A stretch of 64,000 nt of DNA from the human T2T-CHM13v2.0 reference genome, Homo sapiens, in assembly GCF_009914755.1 (NCBI RefSeq), contig NC_060945.1; one strand, given 5' to 3'. The stretch's first letter is position 1. Each line of letters opens with the position of its first letter. Below are positions 52,001 to 64,000 of this stretch, one piece after another. The notes below the pieces were generated by a model. The model worked only from the letters and a program-made list of their open reading frames with translations, did no database searches and was not told the DNA's origin. A program made the translations under genes and the position numbers.

Positions 52001-54039
52001 AAAATGTTTCTTGGTTTTGTCCTTTACTCACATTGACTATTTTCTTGATAACCACAGGTTCTAGAAGTACTTGCTTTTGTCCCTGCATAAATTTGCCCTC
52101 GGGGAATTTTGCCGAAGTTCAGACTGGCTGAAATATGAGCTCGGTATAGCATCAAGTTTTGACCCAGCACTCTCTTTTAACTTCATTTTAGCTATTGCAG
52201 AAAACAATAACAAAGAGGCTGAATATTTCACTGTTTTCTTATTAGTTTGCATTTCCCTATGTGCCCAGTGAACCAGCTCTGTGGGAGTTTGATCCATCAC
52301 TAAATTCCATGGTAACTTTTACCTTTAGTAACTTCTTGTAGCACAACTGTGGCTCCATACCATGGCTGGCCAGATAGTCCACGAAGTACCAAAGGTTTTC
52401 TCCTGCCCTACCCACTCATCCTTTCTCTTGCCGAGCCACAGTTTTCTGTGAGCCAGGGCCATTTTAACAACTTCTGATTCACTGATACCAATTTTGAATT
52501 TGTGAACACCCAAAGTGTTGTATCACTCTTAGAATTTGTTCAGTAACTAAATGAGAAAAAACAAATGTTTTGTTAAAATAAGGAGAGCATGATTAGCATA
52601 AAGTTTCATGTGTCTATCTAGGAGTAAACAACGTAGAGTAGTAATGATCATAAACGAATAAGGTGAATGAAAATATGATTTTCTTTTCATTGGCAAATAA
52701 ATAAATTTAGAAAGATACATGTGAAAGTCAGAAAAATGTTCATTAGTATTGACAAGAAGGGCAATTAATTTGAAAGAGGGAAATATAACTAGTTTATTTG
52801 TGTTTTTAAATCTGTTATGTCTTTAAAAATAAAAGACCATGCAAAAATAAAGCATTTGTTTTGGAAAGGCAGTCAATTTAACCACAAAGATTAAATGGGG
52901 TTGTATAATAATCAATTGAATTAAAAAATTCTTGTGTCTACAATACTAAGCTTCATCATAGAAAGATAATACATAACTACTCTGATTTCAAAAGAAAGTG
53001 ATATGACTATGAGATGCAGTTGTTAAGACCATTTGGATTGAAAATTCTTCTTCAAAGTGTCAAGTCAGTCACATTATCTATTTCCTAGGAGCCCATGTGG
53101 AAATCATAGAAAACAGACATTTGGATTTGGGATTCCACGTATCCCCCAGCTTTTGACCTCCTGGTTCCAAGCTACTACTTTTATTATGGCACCCATATGG
53201 ACTACAAAAGTGTACTAGACAGACAGGCTTTCTATATTTGGTTTTTACATTGTCTGGGTTCCATCTCTGTGAATCTCTGGTCTCATTATACCTCATGGGC
53301 TTTTTTTCTTCTATTGACTAAAGATTTTTCTGTTGTTGTTTATTTTTCAGGGTTGTTATGTCCCTCCATTGCCTCTCAGCTGTTACTACTTTTCTTTTAG
53401 TATCTTCCTTGGCCTAGCCTATAGTTAGAGTTAGTCACACTGTAGAATATTTTAAAAATGAAAATAAAGAAATACAAAAAATAAAAATAAAAATTTCTAC
53501 TACTTGGAAAATGTATCTTGAGCACATTTAAATTAAATTCAATTAGAATTTTAAATACAATTTTATTAATTTAGATTAATTATATTAAATCAAATTAATA
53601 AAATGTGTTAAAATTAAAAGTTTTTAAAATATTAATCTATATTTATTATATTTCAGTTAAATATATTCTATTTATCTAAATAGATCCAACTGGGTCTACT
53701 CTATCCATATGGGACTAGAATCCATCATCCTAACCGTTTTGCTATGGTTCCTCTCCAAACATACATATATAGGTTATCCTTTGTATATGCTCCATATATT
53801 ACATCATGCATGTATTCATTATGCCCAAATATGGAAAAGAAATGGTTATACTGACAGAGACTAATTATTTTGAACTGCATTGATAAAAATATATTAACAA
53901 GAAGAAAAGCTGTAGATGAAAACAGAATACTGGTCAAATTCTTCCTGGAATCAAGTCTCAATCTTTGACCCTCACATAGTGAAAAGAAATGTACTGAAAG
54001 CTGGGTAATCAGGATTGAGAGGACTTTCTTTGTATTTAC

Positions 54040-54675
<636 letters not shown>

Positions 54676-54731
54676 TTTTTTTTTTTAAAAAAAAGCATTA
54701 CTAAATTTTTTTTTTAATAAAGGCACAAGAA

Positions 54732-55028
54732 AGTCAAAGTTAAATAAAATATAGAAAAGAACCTCTAAATGTAAAATGTTTTATTTCAGGAAGCAAGAAT
54801 TGCAATTCAGGCCATCCATGTAGACCAGGTAGTTTTTTGTATGTCTGAAGAACAAACAGAAATTCAGAGGTCTTATATAAAAAGATAAATGTTATATATT
54901 ATTCTTCAAGAAAGTTCATTGGTACTAGTAAAGTTTTGGGGAGCTAGTAAGTTCTAACTGGTAAGTGACTGTGGTGGGCAAAACTATACTTGGAATTGCA
55001 GTAGGTTGTTTCAGTAGCTATTAGATAA
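54732..55028 (-). mobile_element. LTR54-like ERV1 LTR, partial
   Basis: gaagcaagaattgcaattc...gaaagttcattggtactagtaaagttttggggagct...ggttgtttcagtagctattagataa. Confidence 0.7.
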
Positions 55029-55309
55029 TCAAGATTTAATAAAAATGAAATAAATATCAATGCCTTAATATTAATGAATATAGAGCTAATTTGTAATTAT
55101 TAATTAATTTTATATTATTAATATAGTATTTTGATGTTGAATTAATTATGATGAGTGATTACAAGTACAAGGAGAAATTTTGACCTTCATTGAACAATAA
55201 TTGTGTATTGAAGTACCTTGAAAGGCAACTTCCTTAACTGGAAAGAAAAATGCCTTTAACCACAGAAGCTGTGAGAATGAGGAGATACAAAAACATAGGC
55301 AAGGTAGTA

Positions 55310-55480
55310 CTTAATTTCTGAATCCCAAAATAGTACTACAATTGGCAAGGTTTGGAACCTCGGACAAGTTATTTAACCTTGGAATTTCAATTTTATGTCT
55401 GTAAAATGGTAATAAAACCATTCACATCTCACAAGTTGATGAGTGCTGTAGGTATATCATTTTGAAATGCATTATTAAGA
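55310..55480 (+). mobile_element. MIR fragment
   Basis: acctcggacaagttatttaacc...gtctgtaaaatggtaataa. Confidence 0.65.
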
Positions 55481-55487
55481 TATCAAT

Positions 55488-55947
<460 letters not shown>

Positions 55948-55950
<3 letters not shown>

Positions 55951-56060
55951 AAAGAAAAAGAAAGAATGAAAGAAAGAACAAAAGAAAGAAAGGAAGGAAG
56001 GAAAGAAGGAAGGAAGGAAGGAGAAAAAAGGGGGAGGAGGAGGAGGAAGGAGGAGAAAGA
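55948..56060. repeat. Polypurine (GAAA)/(GGAA)/(GGA) tract derived from the Alu tail
   Basis: Direct reading; nearly all purines. Confidence 0.92.
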
Positions 56061-56097
56061 ATTGCACAGCTGGTCGAGATTTTGTTCAGCTCTGGAA

Positions 56098-56351
<254 letters not shown>

Positions 56352-56584
56352 AATTCATGCAAAAAGAATAGACAAATATGCTATGTCTGTCGGGTGAATA
56401 TACAGTATTTTATCAGATAGTACAAGAAATTAAAAGTGACCACTGCAGCTTATTATGTCTGAAGTGCATTGTCTCTTCTAAATGCAAGTTGCCTTGGTGG
56501 CAGATTATATCTAGGCTTGTGCCAAGAAGGGGGAAAAAAGAAAACACCAATTCATGTTTCTAACGCAGAAATTTTCTGTGATGG

Positions 56585-57024
56585 TATTACTGAAACACCA
56601 GGGGTTCAGTGTAGGTCCTGCCACTTGCTGCATAGAAAGCCAATCACTGAGACAAAAATCACTGCCAAGGAAGAAGGCTTTAACGGGGTGCTGCAGCCAA
56701 GGAGATGGGAGTTCAGTCTCAAATCTATCTCCTTGAAGGACTAAAATTAGGGGTTCACACAGCACGGAAAAAGTGTAATAATTTGTTAGAAAACAAGAAC
56801 TAGTGTGTGATAAGGAAACAAAATGTGGGATCCCAGTATCTCATTGTCTGGATGCAGTGATCTCGTGAGTTTCAGACCTTGATACTTTTTGAGAGATCTA
56901 GGGGGTCGTTTCTTGAGGATGAAACTCAGATAAAATAAATGTAAGTTTCAAGCTTTAAGACTGGAGGAGTCAATTTCTATGTTTATCCAAAAGAGCTGTG
57001 TATGGGACTGTTGGATCAGTTTCA
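56585..57024 (-). mobile_element. MER66-like ERV1 solo LTR
   Basis: tattactgaaacaccaggggttcagtgtaggtcctgc...gaaagccaatcactgagac...ggagtcaatttctatgttta...cagtttca. Confidence 0.75.
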
Positions 57025-58961
57025 AGGCTTGAGCTAAAAAAAACCTATTGAAACTCTTCTGAATCTTCCTATATGCTTCTTCTGGGGATGATCATTGAAA
57101 TCAATATATATTTCTTCTAAACAAAAGGGAAAGCACAGTTCTTACTTTTCAAAATATCTTTGGATAAATGTATATAGTTGAAATGCTGTCTCACATTCAC
57201 TACTTCGAATTAAGAAATAACACTGCATTAAGCTCTAATAATTAAACAAAACAAAACAAAATATAGTGACCATATTATCTAGTTACTTTTCATGAAAATA
57301 ATGTTTAAACATAACCTATTTTTACATCAAGAAATTTTATCTAATATCACTTTGGTTCTAGTTTTACATTTGCCTGTGAAGATCACAATGCATCATTTAT
57401 TCTTCCAGAAGCTATCTGATTTTGAAGTAACAAAATGATTTTCTGAGAATCCAAATACAAAAGCTTAAGTGTGGGTAAAATGTTTGCATATATATTTGAA
57501 CATACTTGTTATGTATGTTGGTGTACTAAGACAAGGGCAAATGTAGTTTGTTTGTATTCAAACTGCAAAACGTACACAAATTACCAAGATACCCATAATA
57601 AAATACCTCTTTGACTTTTCTGATGGTTTAGTTTATAATAAATTTTCAATGAAATATTTTGTAAAAAATTAAAATAGATATGAAAGTAGCTTGATATAAA
57701 CTGAATATTGTAAAAAGTGTTTTTGCAATTTTCTGCTAGTTTATATATTTAAAAAATTTCATATTCTTAATTATTGTATTTTAAAGATCACATTTCTCCA
57801 TACATGAAAATAGAAACCAAGTGAGTGTGTATATGTATTCATTTAGCTTTTGTATACATATGTACACATATACACATATACAGTTATATATGTGCATATA
57901 TACATGTGTGTGTCTGTGTGTAACAAGATAATAGATTAAATGAAGAGGAATATGGCATACTATTGGTTAATAAGTATATTTATATTGTGTGTTTAATAGG
58001 AAGTCTTACATATAAATTCTATGTTCTTAAAGATGTCAGAATAACCATTATAAGTCATAAACTGTCACTTTTTTTACAAAGTTGTTAAGATGAAATTGAA
58101 TGCTTTTGCACAAATATCTCAGCCCTGAAGAGCGTTATGTTTTCAATGAGTTTTAAAAATTTTTTAGTCATCTTTCCTATAGAGCTGAAGAATAAGCCCC
58201 AGTATCATTCTGAACGGCTGTTTTATGGTATTTATTTAATTGGTACTCTAAGGAATTCAGCTTTTGAACAGTGAAATTTTCACTCATGATGTTTATTTAT
58301 TGAATGCCAAATGTATCATAAACTATTCCAGAGACAAAGTGATTTTCCTATAAAATTAATATTTAAAATATTGAAAGCTTTGATAATTAATTCATCATTG
58401 TAACTTACATATATACTTTTTATTAACTAAAATTTTATCTCTCAACTCCCAAATTATAACTTGTTATTCTTCCATCCGTTCTTCTGAAAGAAAGCACTTG
58501 GTTTAACACAGCTCCATAAATAATTTTTTCCAATAGTAATCTGTTCAACATTTTTAAGTTGACAACCAAAATATTGATGTTATAGCTGCCTTCACTAATA
58601 TGACTTATGATTCTGTAAAAGCCTCACTTGATTTATAGAAGATACTTCAACTTCCATTAAATCTTCCTTTAATGATCCTGAGTTCTATCTTTTTTGTAAG
58701 AGCATCACAATTTCTAAACAAAGCTAGGTACAAATGTCTGAGGAGGCCAACCATTATTTCCTCAGAGTTACGGGAAGATAGTTTTTTTTTCTTTTTTCAA
58801 TGTGCTGCCTTTTGGAGCAACAATTAATTTGATATTTGAAGTTCTTTGGCCAGAATGTTAATGCTTCATGCATTATAAAGTGTTGCATATTTATTTCTCT
58901 TTAATAGATACCAAAAGAAAGTAAATACATTTAAATAATTAAAATTTCTTGTAAGATTTTT

Positions 58962-59331
58962 TACTATGGTTTAAATGTGTCCCCCAAAGTTCATGTATTG
59001 GAAACTTAATCCTCAATGTAACAGTCTTCGGAGCTAGGACTTAATAAGAGGTGATTAATGTATGAGGGCTCTACCCTTACAAATAGATTAATGTTATCAT
59101 GAGAGTGAATTAGTTATCATATAAGTAGGCTTGTTATAAAAGTTGGACCTTTCACTCTGTTGCTCCTTTATCTTTCCCCATAGAATGATGCAGCACGAAA
59201 GCCACCACCAGATGCTGGGGCCATGCTCTTGGACTTCTCAGCCTCGAGAACCATGAGCCAAATAAAATTCTATTGTTTATAAACTACCCAATCTCGAGTG
59301 TTGTTACAGTCATACAAAACAGATGAAGACA
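58962..59331 (+). mobile_element. MSTC-like MaLR solo LTR
   Basis: tactatggtttaaatgtgtcccccaaagttcatgtattggaaacttaatcc...ccatgctcttggacttctcagcc...aagaca. Confidence 0.88.
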
Positions 59332-59684
59332 TTGCTGAATTGTTTTTGTTTTTTATTCTTTCCTTTATTTTTTCTCCCATTACCTGGTATTATTATTAGG
59401 CTCCATAATTCAGTGTAGTATTGTTATATTTACTAAAAAGCATATATTTGATCATATGCTAGCTAAAGGATTCTAGATATATTAGAATATAAAATTTAAA
59501 ACTTTTACTTTTGGTGATCAATTCTATCAAAAAACTAATAATCATACATAATTCTCATGGAAAATATTTTTCACCAAAAAATTCTTTTGTTTCAAATTAG
59601 TTCTCTAATATCAAACATGCATACCTAAATAATGAACTTATTTTACACCTCTCCATTTTAGTGATTTACAAACTACATAATAGA

Positions 59685-59892
59685 AAATAAATCCTCACTT
59701 AATATTGTCAGTAGGTTCTTAGACATTGTGACTTTAAGTGAAACAACGTATAAAATAACTACTTGTTTTTCATGAGTGTTATAGAAAATGAAGTTGAAGA
59801 TAAAGATGTCCTTTGAGGACATGCTGCATATTTTTTCTTTCAAAGTTTCAGTTTCCAAGAAGCTATCAATGGTGTTAAATAAAGAATTGCTG
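59685..59892 (+). mobile_element. MER6B-like TcMar-Tigger MITE
   Basis: Long imperfect TIRs taaatcctcacttaatattgtcagtaggttctt / ccaagaagctatcaatggtgttaaataaagaattgctg followed by TA; ~208 bp. Confidence 0.75.
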
Positions 59893-60193
59893 TATTTAAT
59901 TTAATCAGTGCTTTCCTGTGTTGGAAAGGGGTTTTGAGACACTATTTCATTCCGTTCACCCTCTTGCTCTCTGTACCTATTTTCTTGGATTTCTCAGTAT
60001 ATAACATTGTGAATAAAACTGGAATAAATTAAATGACACCTCAATAAAAATATTTGTTCCCCAAAAACTGATATTTCTGTAGAAAATACTTGTTATTTTA
60101 GTTACATTTTTAAAACAAAGTGTAAATAATAACTTCCTAGGTGCTGGCACTCTTGATACTCTTTACTCTGCTCTGATTGTTCCAAAGTGTATA

Positions 60194-60695
60194 TGCTATA
60201 GTCAGAATGCTTTTGTCCCCATATAATTTATATCTTGAAATCTTAATATCCAAGCCAATAATATTAGGAGGTTGGTCTTTTGGGAGATGATTAGGTCATG
60301 AATGCAGAGCCCTCATGAATGGAATCATTGCCCTTATAAAATAGGCCCATGCGGGCACAGTGGCATAGTGTGGACCTGTAATCCCCACTACTCAGGAAGC
60401 TAATATGCAAGGATTGCTTGAGACCAGGAGTAAACCAGCTGGGGCAACAGAGTGAGACCATATCTCATAATGAATAAATGAATTAATGAATGAATAAATA
60501 AACAGGCCCAATAGGCCCATTTACCCTTTCTATCATGTAAGGACATAGCGAGAGAAAGCACAACCTTTGAATTAGGAAATGGGCTCTCACTAGAAACCGT
60601 GTTTGCTGGCACCTGAATTTTGTGTTTGCCAGTCTCCACCTATGAGCAATAAATTTCTATGATACTTTATATTTCAGCCCAGATCAACTAAGACA
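60194..60695 (+). mobile_element. MLT1A-like MaLR LTR, interrupted by FLAM
   Basis: tgctatagtcagaatg...tttgggagatgattaggtcatg...gccctcatgaatgg...actaagaca. Confidence 0.85.
60350..60499 (+). mobile_element. FLAM_A-like free Alu monomer with (ATGA/ATAA) tail
   Basis: cctgtaatccccactactcaggaagct...ggattgcttgagaccaggag; TSD aaataggccca / aaacaggccca. Confidence 0.8.
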
Positions 60696-61597
60696 ACATG
60701 TCTTCTAAAATGCTACATATAAAATGTACTTATTTATTTGTAAAAATTGTATTGATTGGTTATCTCTCTAGAAAGTAAGTTTTATGGAAGAACTTTGTAA
60801 ATAAATAAGTGAATAAACGAGTAAATGAATAAGCTGGTTTTACACTTGTTCCCTGAATTATATTGTAATTTTAAGTATAACTTCTCTTACAATTTTGTTT
60901 CATATTATACGAGTAAGTAAAAATAATCTGGAAGCATATAACTTTTCAATGAAACTTTAAACAAAAATATTCTAAATTAAGTTAACTGGCAAGGATTTAT
61001 TATAATGGATGAAATATATTGGGATATAATTGGTCAAAAAATATAAAAATTATGACAGTTATTTAGGAATAAAAATACATTTATTAATTATACATTAAAA
61101 TAAAAGAACTAAAATAGCTATATAAAAATCTTTTGGAATTAATTTTTACTGGCTCATAGTAATTCTAAATATTACTTACACAATATTTTAACAGTGAACA
61201 CTCAGTGCCTATTCTGTACTTTTATCCCTTTACATACAATAATTTCCCAAAGTGTCATAGCAATATTAACACTAGAAAATGGCTATTAATACTTGTTTAT
61301 ATAAAAGCTAAATTTTGTAATTTTAGAATGTTATAGAATGCAACATCTTTTCTAGGTGAGTTTTTATGATCTTTATGAATAGTTAAATCACTGCCCTAAC
61401 ATTTACAACAGTACAGATGCAGTTTCCTCGCTTGATTCTGTTTCTTACTGTGATTGAGGCAAAGGGCAAAAATCAAAACCTCACATTGGAAGTCAATCAG
61501 GAAAGCAACTGTCTGCTTTAGCTACTCTGTGACTGTACCTTGCCTTTTTAAGGATACAATAGACTACGTGTTAAAAACTAGGATGTTCCTCTCTGGA

Positions 61598-61650
61598 ATG
61601 TGTGTGGAGTGTGTGTGCGTCACATGTGCACACACATGTATGTGTGTGTG
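61598..61650. repeat. Imperfect alternating TG/CA tract
   Basis: Direct reading. Confidence 0.7.
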
Positions 61651-64000
61651 ATATATTAGAACAAAAGAGAGATTATCTTGTCCAATTTACCCTCAATTTA
61701 GATACTATTTTCTTGGAAACAGACAAAATAAATTACTCAGCACCAGGCCTAATTAGTAAAACAACCAGCATTACAAATCATCTCTTCAGACTCATAACTC
61801 AGTGCTGCTTTACCGTTACAAAAATATTAGAATCTAAATATTTTCAATGAATGATGATGTTCTCCGTTGCTACATGTATTCAGTTTAAAGTACTATTTTT
61901 CCCTTTTCCTACCCATAATAATTTTGTGTATTTTATTATTGGAATCTCTTATGAAATTTAAAATTTGTTGTGAACTTAATAAAACCTAGCAAAGAGTATT
62001 GAATATTCAGAAGAGTGATTTCCCTGCAAACTCCATAAGTGCTTCTAAAATTATACTGATTAATATAATACACATAGATAAAAAGCTTCTCTCTCTTATA
62101 AAATGTGTGAAAAGTTGCATGTATAATAAATAATACTATATTTAATTTCCTAAGTAATGAGTTCACAATGTAATTCCTTACTTAAAAATTTGAAATGATG
62201 AGGATGAATATGTCAAAGATTATTACCAACAGAACAATATTTGTTCATCAACTTAGATGGCAGTAGAAATGATGATAATTTTGAAATAGGGCCAAGGCAC
62301 TAGCTCATGCTCTGTAAGCATACTTGTACTAATAGGCTGAAGACCAGTGTTAAAGTTATCTTTTAGAATAGTAAAATAGCATATGAAAGATACTGCAGTG
62401 GCAAAATATGAAGTTGGAAGTTGACTTGAATCTGCAAGAGTGGACCTCAAGAGGTTGTTTCTGGGTGAAAGTAGAGAATAAGTAATAGAAATATTTGAGA
62501 ATCATTTAATTGGTAGAACTGTTTTATTCACTGTCATAATGGGTTTGGAGTAGAGGAAGTTAAAAAGGTGCTACAGGGTGCAAGTAGGTCTTCATGCTTG
62601 CAGGATGCAGGCAGAGAGAGACAAGAAGTGAGTAAGACAAAAGAATATCAAACCATTTTCTAAGCATGGCCATTCAGCCTGTCAGATCTAAGACAGAGGA
62701 CAGATGTGTAAGACAAGAAACATGGTTTTCATTTATAATACATGTTTCAGATTTAAAATTATTATTAACTGCTATAACTAAAATAAAAACAAAACACTCA
62801 AAGTAATAAGGTAGTAATTATATTCATAGATAAATATAATGCAGTGGAATAATTGTTTGCAAATTAAATTAAATAATGAGAACAAAGAAAAATATTTCTT
62901 TTTAAATTAAAATAATAATGTTTAATTTACAAGAGCAGAATTTGAAGTCCCAATATTTGATTTGAGATAATCTGAGAAGCCATTTTATAAATACACAAAT
63001 GAAATTTCTGAAACATTTGCTGGAAACATAGATATTACAATTATCAAATCCAATCTGTACCTTGAATATTTAGAACTACTGTAAGGTTGACATCCATTTA
63101 GCAAATGAAGTAGACATAAATATTTCATAACAGATTTAAATTTAAAACAAATTTTAAAGGATAAGACAATTAAAAATTGTGCTAATGACATATCAGATGA
63201 GCCATAAAATAATAAAAGAATAGCAAATTCAACAAAATAAAATCTCACTACTAAATATATGAATAAATCTGCTTACCAGTCGTCTATTTACATTAGATAA
63301 TAGTTTATATTTTGTACATGCATGTAATTTATATAAAGCAGATTTGTAGTTATTCATTTTAACTATTTGAAAGCTTTCTATGAACATATTTTATGGCGGA
63401 CATTTTCACTCATATGATATTACTGAGACCTGATGGAATCAAAGTTTTAAAAAGATATATAACATTTGTTGTACATAACAAATTTAGTTATATCTAATAA
63501 GTATCATGTCTTGGGAATTAAAACTTTAAGCATATGTTTAGTAAAATCTGATATAGTTAAACAGTCTACCTATTTACATAAAATACTTCAATGTTAAAAC
63601 CTCAGGTTTAGTTTTAATAATAAATACTCAAACACCATTGTTTCTTTCCAGTTGCCCTTTTTTGAATTGTATATTGCCTCACTTCTTATTTTTTCCTCTC
63701 TTGTCTCATGAAAAATATTATTTTGAAGTAAAGACCCTGTGTTTAAAATAGCAGTTAATTGAAAATGAAAATAAGAAATACACATTAAAGAAAAAAAACT
63801 TTGTTATAGAACGCTCTTGTTAATGCATAAGGATGTTATCCATTTTTTTTCTCCTGTTTGGTTCCTCCTCGGTTAGGAATAACTAGGTGTTTAGGAAGCA
63901 ATCTTAGGTAATGAAAACAATTAATTACCTTTTTGTAGTGTTTTTATATTTTAACAAGCAAGGACTAGTAATTATCTTGCTAAGGGAAAAATTGATTATT

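Overview
This is AT-rich, CpG-poor primate genomic DNA (human- or ape-like, since it carries AluY, L1PA and MER4-group LTRs). I find no credible protein-coding gene, RNA gene or CpG island, so it reads as a gene desert or a very large intron. Roughly half is transposon-derived: about 12 Alu/FLAM copies, several L1 relics, DNA transposons (MER1A, MER6B, Tigger13a-like), MIR/L2 and many LTRs. The L1 relics include an internally deleted ~3.7 kb L1PA15/16 and an old L1MA with a twin-priming 5' inversion. The densest block (44-57 kb) holds a decayed minus-strand ERVL-class provirus with readable gag, protease, RNase H and integrase remnants but a deleted RT core, split by five younger insertions. 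ORFs in the track are repeat-derived or chance. The most notable structures not explained by repeats are a perfect 94-bp tandem duplication at an LTR end, a degenerate ~100-bp triplication in unique DNA, a TGACA/E-box/YY1 motif cluster near 21.5 kb (candidate enhancer) and a closely spaced inverted Alu pair. I see no evidence for a new biological system. Repeat subfamily names come from my recall of consensus sequences and need RepeatMasker/Dfam confirmation.
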